Part shown: positions 32,889 through 43,227 of the stretch, piece after piece
Layout of the letters: every line of letters starts with the position of its first letter
How positions within the stretch are numbered: position 1 is the stretch's first letter
Origin: a virus
Taxonomy: Duplodnaviria; Heunggongvirae; Uroviricota; Caudoviricetes
Strand: one strand, 5' to 3'
Virus record (IMG/VR): IMGVR_UViG_2609459800_000001
Length of the DNA stretch: 64,000 bases
Notes under the pieces: model-generated
The model's input: only the letters and a program-made list of their open reading frames with translations
What the model was told of the DNA's origin: nothing
The model's database searches: none
Made by a program: the position numbers and the translations under genes

Positions 32889-33155
32889 ATGTTGCATAGA
32901 GTTTTATGGAAATGCGGTATTGTCGGCGCGATGCTGGCTATATCTGGGTGTGCGATGGTGCAATACAATGACGGCGAAAAGGTAAGCATCCAGTCAGATG
33001 GCTGGTATGGACTGGATAGTCTGCAAAAAACCGCAGATAAAGCCTGTCAGCAATATGGGAAGTCTAAAGCTGTATATCAGCATAGCGCGAACGCTAACCC
33101 TCATCTTGCGCCCGGTTCGGGTGTTCAGAATACCATCTGGAAATGTGAGCCTTAA
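32889..33155 (+). CDS. putative lipoprotein
   Basis: ORF track 32883..33155; signal peptide with lipobox LAISGC. Confidence 0.5.
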   Translation: MLHRVLWKCGIVGAMLAISGCAMVQYNDGEKVSIQSDGWYGLDSLQKTADKACQQYGKSKAVYQHSANANPHLAPGSGVQNTIWKCEP

Positions 33156-33157
33156 AC

Positions 33158-33409
33158 ATGAGCGACTGGAATATTGCAGCTAAAAGTCAGGAAGAACGGG
33201 ATAAGGTTAACGTTGATCTGGCTGCCAGCGGTGTGGCGTACAAAGAGCGATTGAACATACCTGTCATAGCGGAACAGGTGGTCCGCGAGCAACCGGAGAA
33301 CCTGCGCACCTATTTCATGGAACGGCTACGGCACTACCGACAGTTAAGCCTCCAGTTGCCAAAAGGGAGCGATCCGGTGTATCAGAAAGAGGATGCGTCA
33401 AAAAAATAA
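33158..33409 (+). CDS. hot: homologue of DNA polymerase III theta subunit (HolE)
   Basis: ORF track 83 aa; [36 protein letters not shown] parallels HolE. Confidence 0.7.
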   Translation: MSDWNIAAKSQEERDKVNVDLAASGVAYKERLNIPVIAEQVVREQPENLRTYFMERLRHYRQLSLQLPKGSDPVYQKEDASKK

Positions 33410-33785
33410 CGGCAAGATGGGTAAGGTTTTAAACATGCTTAACTATCATGACAATACGCGTTCTATGCAGGCAATCCGCACCAATACAGCAGTGGTCGAT
33501 AGCTTTCCTGTGCATACTCAAGGCCGTGAAGATACCGTGGAAGTGCGACGCATGTTGTGTCGCCGGTCACCAGGCCACCAGCACTTCATCGTAACGTTTA
33601 AAAGCGATGTAGAGCGCGCCGAGAAAATCTCTAACTCCACATCTTTGGTTAAGCCGTTGGCGGAGGTTATTGTGCGCAACAATAAGGCGCGCTTTGTCCT
33701 TGAGGAGCATCATTCTGATTTTAATGAAAAAATTGAGTCAAGCATTTTGCAATATATGAATGGCAAGTTCACGCCACCAATGTGA
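33393..33785 (+). CDS. hypothetical protein
   Basis: ORF track 130 aa; start uncertain. Confidence 0.35.
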   Translation: MRQKNNGKMGKVLNMLNYHDNTRSMQAIRTNTAVVDSFPVHTQGREDTVEVRRMLCRRSPGHQHFIVTFKSDVERAEKISNSTSLVKPLAEVIVRNNKARFVLEEHHSDFNEKIESSILQYMNGKFTPPM

Positions 33786-33846
33786 TTAGCCCCCAGCGTT
33801 GCGCGCCTACAAATCCCGCTTTCACAAACTATGCCTTTTCAATGTA

Positions 33847-33866
33847 TACTGTATGAATAAACAGTA
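33847..33866 (+). promoter_or_regulatory. LexA (SOS) box
   Basis: TACTGTATGAATAAACAGTA = CTGT-N8-ACAG, ~20 bp upstream of humD. Confidence 0.75.
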
Positions 33867-33884
33867 TCATTGAGGTAAAACGCT

Positions 33885-34274
33885 ATGGGCTTCCCTTCTC
33901 CTGCGGCGGATTATGTTGAAAGCCGAATTTCTCTTGATCAGCAACTAATCAGGCATCCATCAGCAACCTACTTCATGCGGGCAGCTGATAGCCATCACCG
34001 TGAGGGAATATTGCAGGGTGCTTTGCTGGTGGTTGATTCCTCGCTTACTCCGGTTGATGATTCTCTGCTTGTGTGCGCTATGGAGGGTGAATATCGCATA
34101 AAGAGATACCGAAAGTATCCGCGCCAGCACTTGGAGGATTTAAGCACCGGGAAGAAAGAGGCGTTACCAGTAGATGACGATGGTTACACGGGTAGTAATG
34201 CTGTTTTTGGTGTGATCACTCATGTCATCAATGATGCCAGAAGTGGGGAGTTTGATGATTGTCCGGTTATTTAA
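33885..34274 (+). CDS. humD: UmuD'-like protein (pre-processed UmuD homologue)
   Basis: ORF track 129 aa; begins MGFPSPAADYVESRI, i.e. at the UmuD Cys24-Gly25 cleavage point; Ser/Lys dyad region retained. Confidence 0.8.
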   Translation: MGFPSPAADYVESRISLDQQLIRHPSATYFMRAADSHHREGILQGALLVVDSSLTPVDDSLLVCAMEGEYRIKRYRKYPRQHLEDLSTGKKEALPVDDDGYTGSNAVFGVITHVINDARSGEFDDCPVI

Positions 34275-34346
34275 GCTGCAAAGGGCTGGTGCTTTATGCC
34301 TGTGAAGTTTATAATTGTGTACACATAACGAGTACACGAGGTGTTT

Positions 34347-34568
34347 ATGCAATCCATTAACTTCCGTACCGCGCGTGGCAACCTTTCTGAAGTGCTCAAC
34401 AATGTTGAAGCCGGGGAAGAGGTTGAAATCACCCGCAGAGGCCGTGAGCCAGCAGTAATTGTCAGCAAGGCTACTTTCGAAGCCTACAAAAAAGCGGCGC
34501 TGGATGCTGAATTTGCATCCCTGTTTGACACCCTGGACTCCACCAACAAGGAACTGGTTAACCGATAA
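34347..34568 (+). CDS. phd: Phd antitoxin
   Basis: ORF track 34341..34568; 73-aa [42 protein letters not shown]... recognised as P1 Phd. Confidence 0.9.
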   Translation: MQSINFRTARGNLSEVLNNVEAGEEVEITRRGREPAVIVSKATFEAYKKAALDAEFASLFDTLDSTNKELVNR

Positions 34569-34948
34569 TGAGGCATATATCACCGGAAGAACTTATTGCG
34601 CTTCATGATGCGAATATAAACCGCTACGGCGGCCTGCCGGGAATGTCAGATCCGGGTAGGGCAGAGGCCATTATCGGGAGAGTTCAGGCCAGAGTTGCCT
34701 ACGAAGAGATCACCGACCTTTTCGAAGTCTCCGCAACCTACCTGGTGGCTACTGCGAGAGGGCATATATTCAATGATGCCAATAAGCGTACCGCGCTAAA
34801 CAGTGCGCTGTTATTTCTACGCCGTAACGGGGTGCAGGTATTTGATTCACCTGAACTGGCAGACCTTACCGTAGGGGCTGCGACCGGAGAGATATCTGTA
34901 TCTTCTGTCGCCGACACGTTACGTAGATTGTATGGTTCCGCGGAGTAG
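34568..34948 (+). CDS. doc: Doc toxin (Fic-fold kinase)
   Basis: ORF track 126 aa; [17 protein letters not shown]...[12 protein letters not shown] recognised as P1 Doc; start overlaps phd stop. Confidence 0.9.
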   Translation: MRHISPEELIALHDANINRYGGLPGMSDPGRAEAIIGRVQARVAYEEITDLFEVSATYLVATARGHIFNDANKRTALNSALLFLRRNGVQVFDSPELADLTVGAATGEISVSSVADTLRRLYGSAE

Positions 34949-35132
34949 ATTAATGGCACGTAAATACAACAAATTGTCCCGTGAAGCGTTAAAGATGCTT
35001 CTTGATGGCGTGAGTCGCCGCGAGGTAAAGCAATACCTGGTTGGTAAGCAAATTGGTGCCAGGACAGCTATTGCTGTGTTATGCCGTCAGGAAATGGTTG
35101 TGCTTAAACAGAGAATGCCGGGCAGCAGATAA
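34932..35132 (+). CDS. small basic protein downstream of doc (pdcA-like position)
   Basis: ORF track 66 aa. Confidence 0.4.
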   Translation: MVPRSRLMARKYNKLSREALKMLLDGVSRREVKQYLVGKQIGARTAIAVLCRQEMVVLKQRMPGSR

Positions 35133-35159
35133 AGCCCAATCAGTGATTAAAGGTGTGAT

Positions 35160-36203
35160 GTGAAAGCCGTAATTACTCCCTTTGTACAGAAAGAGCTTGG
35201 CCTCGCCACGTTCAAAGTGGATCAGGAGGTCAGAAAGCTGGTGGAGGCTGGCCGTAAATTTATTATGGAGCCGGTGCCGCGTGAGTTAATCGAGCACATG
35301 GAAGACGGCCTCGTTGTTACCGAGCAAACCATGGCAACAAATGAGGCGTTGCAGCCGTTTTTTAACAGCGATGAACTGTTTCGCCGTATTGGTGGAATTG
35401 ACGCGCTGGTGGCGTGGTTGCGTAGGAAAGAGGGTCAATGCCAGGCCGCAGATCGTAGTTGGTGTGACAACCATATTGTCCACGCTGAACGAGACAATAG
35501 CGCGGTGTTGTTGTGCTGGCATCACGATAACCATTACCGGATGCGTGGTTTTAATGAGCTGAAAGAAACGCTGCACAATAATCGCGTTAACTGGATACTG
35601 GATGTCGCCCGTCAGGAAATGGGCCTTTCAAATAGCCATGATTTAAGTATTCAGGAGCTGTGCTGGTGGGCTTTCATGCGCAACATGATGCACCTGATGC
35701 CGGAAGAAGTCTGCCGCATATCAATAAATAAGATGAAGGCTACTCCGCAGGATAGCGGACCTCTGAAAGAGGCGGATATTCGCCCGTATGACGATCGCGC
35801 TACAGCATATGTTCAGATGATGGAAGAACGCGCCGCGCCGATGCGTGCAAAAGTATGCCCTGTGGATGTTGACTCCGACCCAGGTATGGCGCATTTCAAG
35901 ATACCAAAACTTCAATCGCTAAAATTGCCCGAGTACATGGACTTTGTGGCTTCCCGTCCATGCTGTGGCTGTGGAGCTGCGGGAGCTGGCGCTCACATTA
36001 CGCCTTATATCGTTCGTCATAGTCGATTATGCGCGCATGACATTTATGCTATTCCTCTGTGCCAGTCATGCCAGCGTGATATTGAGCGTGACCGCGATAA
36101 TTGGGAGAAGACGCACGGTAGGCTGGCGATGCATCAACGATTGTTCTTTGATTACGCGCTTGGAGTCGGCGCTATCACAAGTCATTCGTCGAGTGTTAGA
36201 TAA
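35160..36203 (+). CDS. hypothetical Cys-rich protein (pdcB-like position)
   Basis: ORF track 347 aa; C-terminal CCGCG...CQSCQRD. Confidence 0.45.
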   Translation: MKAVITPFVQKELGLATFKVDQEVRKLVEAGRKFIMEPVPRELIEHMEDGLVVTEQTMATNEALQPFFNSDELFRRIGGIDALVAWLRRKEGQCQAADRSWCDNHIVHAERDNSAVLLCWHHDNHYRMRGFNELKETLHNNRVNWILDVARQEMGLSNSHDLSIQELCWWAFMRNMMHLMPEEVCRISINKMKATPQDSGPLKEADIRPYDDRATAYVQMMEERAAPMRAKVCPVDVDSDPGMAHFKIPKLQSLKLPEYMDFVASRPCCGCGAAGAGAHITPYIVRHSRLCAHDIYAIPLCQSCQRDIERDRDNWEKTHGRLAMHQRLFFDYALGVGAITSHSSSVR

Positions 36204-36204
36204 A

Positions 36205-36221
36205 ATTGCTCTAATGTATTG
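36205..36221 (+). promoter_or_regulatory. C1 operator-like site upstream of lpa
   Basis: ATTGCTCTAATGTATTG, 14/17 to consensus. Confidence 0.5.
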
Positions 36222-36291
36222 CTATTTCTTTAATCGAAGGTATTATATTCGACGTTGATTAGTTGACATGGGCTAATCAGTAGGTGACAGG

Positions 36292-36744
36292 ATGTTACTT
36301 AACTGGCAGGGACGCCACTTCATGGAAATAAATCACTCACGAATAACATCGTACGAGATTGCGGATTACATGATCCGCACTAAATCTCTTCTATCAGCGA
36401 AAGAACTCGCAGCAATTCTTGAAAAGGAATACCCGCATCTGGATGTCGATAAGCGCGATGTTTATCTGCGCTTAAAGGCTATCGCTGTGTCTAAGTATTC
36501 GTCTGTTTTGATTGATGACAGTACACGCCCACGTAGATTTCAGATCCACTCTCTGAATCCTGAATTCTTTCGCCGCAGTCGCGCTCCGCGCCGGTTTGAT
36601 GAAAAACTCCAGAACGAACTCTATATGACGCAGGACGAAAAGGAACGCCGGGAGCACCAGCCTTGGGTAATGGCGCGTCAACTTTTCAATAAGGTGGCCC
36701 GTCAGCACCGTCATTACGGTAATGCCACATCCGCACGTATCTGA
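36292..36744 (+). CDS. lpa: late promoter activator
   Basis: ORF track 150 aa directly upstream of pacA, preceded by C1 operator; by size, position and recall. Confidence 0.6.
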   Translation: MLLNWQGRHFMEINHSRITSYEIADYMIRTKSLLSAKELAAILEKEYPHLDVDKRDVYLRLKAIAVSKYSSVLIDDSTRPRRFQIHSLNPEFFRRSRAPRRFDEKLQNELYMTQDEKERREHQPWVMARQLFNKVARQHRHYGNATSARI

Positions 36745-36829
36745 TTGATTGCTTGCCCGTTCCGGGCCTTTTGACATGTGACTTTCGTTACCCTCGCGTC
36801 AAAAAGAGTTTTTACGAAAGGAAGCATAA

Positions 36830-38023
36830 GTGACCTGGGACGATCACAAGAAGAATTTTGCTCGCCTGGCGCGAGATGGTGGTTACACCATCGCACAGTA
36901 TGCCGCCGAGTTTAATCTTAACCCTAATACCGCACGTCGTTATCTCCGTGCCTTCAAAGAAGACACCAGGACAGCGGACAGCCGCAAGCCAAATAAGCCT
37001 GTCAGGAAACCACTAAAAAGCATGATCATTGATCACGCTAATGATCAACGTGCAGGTGATCACATTGTGGCTGAAATGGCTGAAAAACAAAGAGTTAATG
37101 CTGTTGTCAGTGCCGCACTCGAGAACGCGAAGCGCCAAAATAAGCGCATAAATGATCGTTCTGATGATCATGACGTGATCACCCGCGCCCACCGGACCTT
37201 ACGTGATCGCCTGGAACGCGACACCCTGGATGATGATGGTGAACGCTTTGAATTCGAAGTTGGCGATTACCTGATAGATAACGTTGAAGCGCGGAAGGCC
37301 GCGCGCGCTATGTTGCGTCGGTCCGGGGCCGATGTTCTGGAAACCACTCTTCTGGAAAAGTCTCTTTCTCATCTCATTATGCTGGAGAACGCCAGGGATA
37401 CGTGTATTCGCCTGGTGCAGGAAATGCGCGATCAGCAAAAAGACGATGATGAAGGTACTCCGCCTGAATACCGTATCGCGAGCATGCTAAACAGCTGTTC
37501 CGCGCAGATAAGCAGTCTGATCAACACCATTTACAGCATCCGGAATAACTATCGAAAAGAAAGCCGGGAGGCGGAAAAGCACGCTTTATCTATGGGGCAA
37601 GCTGGCATTGTTAAGCTGGCATACGAACGAAAGCGTGAAAATAACTGGTCAGTGCTGGAAGCGGCTGAATTCATCGAGGCGCATGGAGGAAAAGTGCCTC
37701 CCCTGATGCTGGAGCAAATCAAAGCCGATCTGCGTGCTCCTAAGACCAATACCGATGATGAGGAAAACCAAACAGCATCTGGCGCTCCATCACTTGAAGA
37801 TCTGGATAAAATCGCGCGAGAACGGGCCGCCAGCCGCCGCGCTGATGCCGCATTGTGGATTGAGCATCGTAGAGAAGAAATTGCCGATATCGTCGATACA
37901 GGTGGTTATGGTGATGTCGATGCGGAAGGCATATCAAACGAAGCATGGCTTGAACAGGATCTGGACGAAGACGAGGAGGAAGACGAAGAAGTTACCCGCA
38001 AACTGTACGGGGATGATGATTAA
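36830..38023 (+). CDS. pacA: terminase (pacase) subunit PacA
   Basis: ORF track 397 aa with GTG start; contains the TGATCA hexamer cluster typical of the P1 pac site. Confidence 0.8.
   Translation: MTWDDHKKNFARLARDGGYTIAQYAAEFNLNPNTARRYLRAFKEDTRTADSRKPNKPVRKPLKSMIIDHANDQRAGDHIVAEMAEKQRVNAVVSAALENAKRQNKRINDRSDDHDVITRAHRTLRDRLERDTLDDDGERFEFEVGDYLIDNVEARKAARAMLRRSGADVLETTLLEKSLSHLIMLENARDTCIRLVQEMRDQQKDDDEGTPPEYRIASMLNSCSAQISSLINTIYSIRNNYRKESREAEKHALSMGQAGIVKLAYERKRENNWSVLEAAEFIEAHGGKVPPLMLEQIKADLRAPKTNTDDEENQTASGAPSLEDLDKIARERAASRRADAALWIEHRREEIADIVDTGGYGDVDAEGISNEAWLEQDLDEDEEEDEEVTRKLYGDDD
37023..37181 (+). other. pac packaging site (two clusters of Dam-site hexamers)
   Basis: TGATCA(N) at 37023, 37030, 37042, 37057 and at 37153, 37165, 37176; 4+3 arrangement over ~159 bp inside pacA. 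Confidence 0.8.
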
Positions 38024-39507
38024 TGGCCAGAAGTTGCGTAACGGACCCACGTTGGCGCGAGCTGGTGGCGCTATATCGTTATGACTGGATTGCGGCCGCT
38101 GATGTGTTGTTTGGGAAGACACCAACCTGGCAGCAGGATGAGATCATTGAGTCCACGCAGCAGGACGGCAGTTGGACAAGTGTGACCTCCGGCCATGGTA
38201 CTGGTAAATCGGATATGACGAGTATCATTGCAATACTCTTCATCATGTTTTTCCCCGGCGCTCGCGTCATTCTGGTCGCTAACAAAAGACAGCAAGTCCT
38301 TGATGGTATTTTCAAATACATAAAGAGCAATTGGGCTACTGCTGTTAGCAGATTCCCGTGGTTGTCGAAGTATTTCATTCTTACAGAAACGTCTTTTTTT
38401 GAGGTGACTGGCAAGGGTGTTTGGACAATATTGATAAAGTCCTGTCGCCCCGGGAATGAGGAGGCGTTGGCTGGTGAACACGCCGATCATCTCTTGTATA
38501 TCATCGACGAAGCGTCGGGTGTGAGTGATAAAGCATTCAGTGTGATAACAGGTGCGCTGACCGGTAAGGATAACCGTATTCTGCTTCTTTCCCAGCCTAC
38601 GCGACCTTCAGGCTATTTCTACGATTCACACCACAGACTAGCTATTCGCCCGGGAAATCCTGATGGATTGTTTACTGCGATAATACTGAATAGTGAAGAA
38701 TCTCCGCTTGTAGATGCAAAATTTATACGAGCAAAACTTGCGGAGTATGGCGGTCGTGATAACCCCATGTACATGATCAAAGTACGTGGTGAATTTCCCA
38801 AATCTCAAGATGGCTTTCTTCTTGGTCGTGATGAGGTTGAGCGGGCGACGCGGCGAAAGGTCAAGATTGCCAAAGGATGGGGCTGGGTTGCATGTGTTGA
38901 CGTTGCTGGTGGCACAGGACGAGATAAGTCCGTTATTAATATCATGATGGTGTCCGGCCAGCGAAATAAACGCCGTGTAATCAACTATCGTATGCTGGAA
39001 TACACAGACGTTACAGAAACGCAGTTAGCCGCCAAGATTTTCGCAGAATGTAACCCAGAACGGTTCCCGAACATAACCATAGCTATTGATGGCGATGGCT
39101 TGGGGAAATCGACGGCTGATCTAATGTACGAACGCTATGGCATTACCGTCCAGCGTATCCGCTGGGGTAAAAAGATGCACAGCCGTGAAGATAAAAGCCT
39201 TTATTTCGATATGCGCGCTTTCGCGAATATTCAGGCGGCAGAAGCTGTAAAATCAGGGCGTATGAGGCTTGATAAGGGGGCTGCGACTATAGAGGAAGCA
39301 TCAAAGATACCGGTAGGGATAAATTCCGCAGGTCAATGGAAGGTGATGTCAAAGGAAGATATGAAGAAAAAACTCAACCTGCACTCACCGGACCATTGGG
39401 ATACATATTGTTTCGCTATGTTGGCGAACTATGTTCCCCAGGATGAAGTGCTTAGCGTCGAAGACGAAGCGCAGGTTGATGAAGCTCTGTCATGGCTTAA
39501 TGAATGA
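38023..39507 (+). CDS. pacB: terminase (pacase) large subunit PacB
   Basis: ORF track 494 aa; Walker A-like GHGTGKSD; ATG overlaps pacA stop. Confidence 0.8.
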   Translation: MARSCVTDPRWRELVALYRYDWIAAADVLFGKTPTWQQDEIIESTQQDGSWTSVTSGHGTGKSDMTSIIAILFIMFFPGARVILVANKRQQVLDGIFKYIKSNWATAVSRFPWLSKYFILTETSFFEVTGKGVWTILIKSCRPGNEEALAGEHADHLLYIIDEASGVSDKAFSVITGALTGKDNRILLLSQPTRPSGYFYDSHHRLAIRPGNPDGLFTAIILNSEESPLVDAKFIRAKLAEYGGRDNPMYMIKVRGEFPKSQDGFLLGRDEVERATRRKVKIAKGWGWVACVDVAGGTGRDKSVINIMMVSGQRNKRRVINYRMLEYTDVTETQLAAKIFAECNPERFPNITIAIDGDGLGKSTADLMYERYGITVQRIRWGKKMHSREDKSLYFDMRAFANIQAAEAVKSGRMRLDKGAATIEEASKIPVGINSAGQWKVMSKEDMKKKLNLHSPDHWDTYCFAMLANYVPQDEVLSVEDEAQVDEALSWLNE

Positions 39508-39510
39508 ACA

Positions 39511-39527
39511 TTTGCTCTAATGAATTG
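39511..39527 (+). promoter_or_regulatory. C1 operator-like site
   Basis: TTTGCTCTAATGAATTG, 14/17 to consensus, just after pacB stop. Confidence 0.4.
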
Positions 39528-39653
39528 TGTTTTTTAACTACCGATGTTACATTGAACCTGACCTCTTGCGCCTTGAGGCATTTTCGGTTTATGCTTATCA
39601 GGCACCTCATTAAAACGGGTGCCGGGATTGAGACCCCGGATAATGCAAAAGGC

Positions 39654-39686
39654 GACACAGACGCCAAAAGCGTCTTTTTTTGTGTC
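39654..39686 (+). terminator. rho-independent terminator (nested stems plus T7 run)
   Basis: GACACA-GACGC-CAAAA-GCGTC-TTTTTTT-TGTGTC. Confidence 0.6.
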
Positions 39687-39689
39687 ATG

Positions 39690-39860
39690 CCATCGCACAG
39701 CCATACGTAGCGTTTAGCTCAGAGATCAATGGTAGTGCTGGCTGGGCTGCCGAAAGGCAGGCCGGTTCCCTTTTGCGCCGGTAGTCTCAACCCAGTCAGT
39801 GCTACCGCCATTGAGATTGAGACCTCACGCGGTAGCTCCTTAAATTAGCAAAAGGAGGCT
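39690..39860 (+). ncRNA. candidate structured regulatory RNA / leader (C4-like?)
   Basis: ~170-nt noncoding stretch with multiple stems (GGTAGTGCTG vs CAGTGCTACC; CTGCC-GAAA-GGCAG); contains CCCTTTTGC complementary to the GCAAAAGG(A)GG RBS of the next ORF. Confidence 0.3.
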
Positions 39861-39866
39861 GCCATT

Positions 39867-40088
39867 GTGGCTACTATCCCTACCCCAACTCATCCTGAAT
39901 TTATCTGGCGCTTTTACTCCTGCCAGAAACGTCACTATCACTTCGTTATTGCACCGACAGAAGATGAGGCTCGCTCTCAGCTTCCGGATGCACCCTGTAT
40001 TTTCTCTGCCCGCTTTTCTACCGATTCGCGCAATTCTCTCAGTTACTGGAGCCTCCCTGTTAACGCTTCTGCTCAGGAGGGACTATGA
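39867..40088 (+). CDS. small protein overlapping antirepressor start (icd-like arrangement)
   Basis: ORF track 73 aa, GTG start after AAGGAGG; ATGA overlap with next gene. Confidence 0.4.
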   Translation: MATIPTPTHPEFIWRFYSCQKRHYHFVIAPTEDEARSQLPDAPCIFSARFSTDSRNSLSYWSLPVNASAQEGL

Positions 40089-41197
40089 GAACGTCATTAG
40101 TCACCCGTGAAGAGATGATCGAGGCAATTGAACAGCACACTGCCTGTATCAGTACCAGGGATATACCGGGCGTTATTGCCAACTACTTCATGATCACCAA
40201 ACAACTTTACCGGAGAAAGGACAAGAACTCGGTTCACCGCATTCTGCTAACCGATATCCGTGAATACCTGCTCGAACAGGGTCATCTGAATTACGCAACC
40301 GTCGCAGCCGAAGCACGCAAGGAGGCACACAGAATGAAAGCAACTAACGTTAAATCAGAAAAAATTTATGCACCTTCAGTTCAGGAATCGGAACTGGTGG
40401 TTGTTCAGAATCAGCCGGATGAAATTCCCGTTCTGGAATGGCAGGGAGTACGTGTCGTGACAACCGAAACTCTTGCTAGAGGGTATGGGGTCGATGAAGC
40501 CAATATTCGCAACAATTTGTCTCGCAACCTTGACCGCTTTGAAGAAGGTAAGCATTACTTTCTTCTAACTGGTTTAAAATTAAGAGAATTTAAGAACAGA
40601 GTAACCGGAAGTTACTCTGTTGGTAAGAACGCCAGAAGCCTTACACTCTGGACAGAGCGCGGCGCTGCACGCATGTCTAAGATCGTGGACACAAATGAAG
40701 CATGGGCATTCTTTGAAAAACTGGAAGACAGCTACTTCCGGCAAAAAGAACAGCAACCGGTTGCAATCCCCCAAACATTACCAGAAGCCCTACGCCTGGC
40801 TGCCGAACTGGCTGAACAAAAGCAGCTTCTGGAACAGAAAGCCCACCAGCTAAATCAGCAGCTGGTGGCCGCCGCTCCTAAGGTCGATTTTGCCGACCGG
40901 GTATCAGTAGCTAAAGGGATCCTGATTGGGAATTTTGCAAAGGTTGTTGGACTTAAGCAAAATGCGCTGTTTGCCTGGTTACGGGAGAACGGCATCCTGA
41001 TAGCGTCCGGTGGACGTAAAAATGTGCCGTTCCAGCAGTACATTAACGCCGGGTATTTCACGGTGAAAGAAGTGGTGCTGGATGATGAAGATGGCTACCA
41101 GATACGGTTGACGCCTCAATTAACGGGTAAAGGCCAGCAGTGGTTGACGCGTAAACTGCTCGATGCTGGCTTGTTAAAACCGGTGGCAGCTGAATAA
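40085..41197 (+). CDS. phage antirepressor (ORF6N-like N-domain plus KilA-C/Ant-like C-domain)
   Basis: ORF track 370 aa; N-terminal TETLARGYGVDEANIRNNLSRNLDRFEEGKHYF; C-terminal VDFADRVSVAKGILIGNFAKVVGLKQNALFAWLRENGIL. Confidence 0.6.
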   Translation: MRTSLVTREEMIEAIEQHTACISTRDIPGVIANYFMITKQLYRRKDKNSVHRILLTDIREYLLEQGHLNYATVAAEARKEAHRMKATNVKSEKIYAPSVQESELVVVQNQPDEIPVLEWQGVRVVTTETLARGYGVDEANIRNNLSRNLDRFEEGKHYFLLTGLKLREFKNRVTGSYSVGKNARSLTLWTERGAARMSKIVDTNEAWAFFEKLEDSYFRQKEQQPVAIPQTLPEALRLAAELAEQKQLLEQKAHQLNQQLVAAAPKVDFADRVSVAKGILIGNFAKVVGLKQNALFAWLRENGILIASGGRKNVPFQQYINAGYFTVKEVVLDDEDGYQIRLTPQLTGKGQQWLTRKLLDAGLLKPVAAE

Positions 41198-41202
41198 TGG
41201 AA

Positions 41203-41226
41203 GAATGCCCGGTTGATGCCGGGCAT
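41203..41226. terminator. bidirectional hairpin between convergent ant-like gene and c1
   Basis: ATGCCCGG-TTGATG-CCGGGCAT. Confidence 0.5.
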
Positions 41227-41229
41227 AAT

Positions 41230-42081
41230 TTATTGCGCGCTTTCGGGGTTGTCGTTTACTGGCTGCCCCTTCTTGGTTTTACGGCTGCGCGTAACTGATG
41301 CGGCTGACTTAACCTTTTTCTCTTCGCGAGTGATGGCAATTTGTTTTTTTACATTTTCAATATCTGCCAGGCGATATATTTTTGCTTGCGGCCAGCGGTC
41401 GCAGATGATCGGTTCTATGGAGTCATAAAGGCTAAATTTTGCTTTTTCGAATTCACCGTTGATGATAATTCCATCACGGAGAGTTTCATCGCAGATAAAC
41501 ACGCCACACAGTGGCACATGGTAACTAACTGATTTACCATCATTGTAGTTAGGGCTACTGGAAATGTAGTGGACGCGCAGCATTGTTTCGCTAAAGCCGT
41601 GTACGCGCATACGGAATTTTTCATCCTCCGGGTACTGCCTCATTAGCTCTTTTGTTGCTTCCAGGTTCTCTATGTATTTCGCACTGTGCTCATTGATCCC
41701 CGCGCTTTTTTGGATGCGAATGTCCTTATCAATCAGATGAATAATGCGGCCAGCGGTCATGTTGACGCTGTTCACAGCTTCTGTCTGATAAGTTGTAACC
41801 TTGCGCACACCGCGAAGGATGTTAGGCACTGGATATAAAATAGTCTTTGGGATATTGAGGTCTGGGTACTGTTCCAGTTCCCGCGCCATTAAAGTCCATT
41901 TATCAATTTCAGCCTGAATGCTGTCAGTTTCTTTGAACGGTAGAACGACAACCGGGCGTACAGGACGACCGTCGCTGGCTGTATCAACGTGTTGGGCGCG
42001 TGCAACAGCTTTTTTTAGAAAGAGATCCCTGAAGCTGACGAACTCCTGGTACAGTTGTTCGCCGTAGACATAATTTATCAT
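41230..42081 (-). CDS. c1: C1 repressor of lysis
   Basis: ORF track 283 aa MINYVYGEQLYQEFVSFRDLFLKK...; size and sequence recognised as P1 C1. Confidence 0.85.
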   Translation of the reverse strand: MINYVYGEQLYQEFVSFRDLFLKKAVARAQHVDTASDGRPVRPVVVLPFKETDSIQAEIDKWTLMARELEQYPDLNIPKTILYPVPNILRGVRKVTTYQTEAVNSVNMTAGRIIHLIDKDIRIQKSAGINEHSAKYIENLEATKELMRQYPEDEKFRMRVHGFSETMLRVHYISSSPNYNDGKSVSYHVPLCGVFICDETLRDGIIINGEFEKAKFSLYDSIEPIICDRWPQAKIYRLADIENVKKQIAITREEKKVKSAASVTRSRKTKKGQPVNDNPESAQ

Positions 42082-42173
42082 TGATCCTCCTCCAGAATTG
42101 ACATGGTCAATAACGCCCGGCTGAGAAAACCGGTCATTACTGACCTATATTATAGAGGGATCAAACAAAAATA

Positions 42174-42190
42174 ATAGATTTATTAGTGCA
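42174..42190 (-). promoter_or_regulatory. C1 operator (variant AATGCACTAATAAATCT)
   Basis: Minus-strand AATGCACTAATAAATCT between coi stop and c1 start. Confidence 0.6.
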
Positions 42191-42191
42191 T

Positions 42192-42401
42192 TTATTGTGA
42201 GTCTAACTGGTTAGTTGCCATGAGATATTCGATTGTGTCAGTGAGGTCATCCAGGTCGTCTTGGGTGATGCGGTACTCCTGATTGGATATCTTTGAGTAG
42301 TGTTCAGCAATGGCGCGGGCAGCGTCGGTTTCGGCAGGGTCTACAGATAAAGCGTTAGAGCAATGTCTAACGTCGTCGATGGTTGGTTGAATGAAAGCCA
42401 T
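42192..42401 (-). CDS. coi: C1 inactivator Coi
   Basis: ORF track 69 aa MAFIQPTIDDVRHCSNALSVDP... directly upstream of c1. Confidence 0.75.
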   Translation of the reverse strand: MAFIQPTIDDVRHCSNALSVDPAETDAARAIAEHYSKISNQEYRITQDDLDDLTDTIEYLMATNQLDSQ

Positions 42402-42639
42402 AATTATGCCTCACTGTATTGACAACACAGAGCCTGAAGCTCTGACCTACTGTTTCACCCATGATCCATGCTGGGGTAATCTAACAACATTGCGCTGTGT
42501 GTAAGATGAGCAATGCATAGCTGTAATGCCGTTGTATAAGGTTTCCCTGTTTGCCCATTTCCTTCTGAGCCGCTCTACAACGCTGAAGACACATTAAATA
42601 GTGAATCCAAAGTCGTATTACGTAACGGCGGCAAAACTA

Positions 42640-42656
42640 TAATTTATTAGAGCAAT
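42640..42656 (-). promoter_or_regulatory. C1 operator-like site (minus orientation)
   Basis: Plus strand AATTTATTAGAGCAAT = reverse complement of ATTGCTCTAATAAATT. Confidence 0.55.
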
Positions 42657-42722
42657 TGTCAAACAACTATGAAAAACAATCCAGTTTTTGGCTGGTGGAG
42701 TGGGATTTTTCTCTCAAAATTT

Positions 42723-42739
42723 ATTGCTCTAATATTTCT
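42723..42739 (+). promoter_or_regulatory. C1 operator-like site
   Basis: ATTGCTCTAATATTTCT, 14/17 to consensus, ~45 bp left of loxP. Confidence 0.5.
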
Positions 42740-42782
42740 TGATTTTTATGCGCAGCTGGACGTAAACTCCTCTTCGGACCTA

Positions 42783-42816
42783 ATAACTTCGTATAGCATA
42801 CATTATACGAAGTTAT
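42783..42816 (+). other. loxP recombination site
   Basis: Exact 34 bp ATAACTTCGTATA-GCATACAT-TATACGAAGTTAT. Confidence 0.95.
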
Positions 42817-43005
42817 CTTAAGGGTTATTGAATATGATCAATTTACCTGTAAATCCATACAGTTCAATACCTTATCAGGTCAAATAGTGATCACTTGATC
42901 ATTTGATCAAGGTTGCGCTACGTAAAATCTGCGAAATGTTGGCAGTGTTAGTGCTCCAGATTTCGCGTAGCGCACTTAGCACCACCAATCAATCAGAGGT
43001 GAAAA

Positions 43006-43227
43006 ATGGGATATTCAGCTGCTAAAGTGTCCACTCATCTTGAGTTTGAGAAAAACCGTGGTTACTGGCGGGCAAAAGGGTTTGATCGTGATAGTTGCCA
43101 ACTGTCATTATCGCGCGGTGAAGAGAAAATAGAACGCACGCGCGGTCGCTGGCGTTTCTATGACGAGAACCATAAACAGGTAAAGGCAGAGCCGATCCTG
43201 TACACTTTACTTAAAACCATTATCTGA
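43006..43227 (+). CDS. hypothetical small protein upstream of cre
   Basis: ORF track 73 aa. Confidence 0.3.
   Translation: MGYSAAKVSTHLEFEKNRGYWRAKGFDRDSCQLSLSRGEEKIERTRGRWRFYDENHKQVKAEPILYTLLKTII

Noticed and set aside
37023-37181. Cluster of short repeated hexamers that could be mistaken for a CRISPR-like or tandem-repeat array
   Set aside because: Repeats are 6-bp TGATCA Dam sites in a 4+3 arrangement inside pacA with no regular spacers; this is the pac site.
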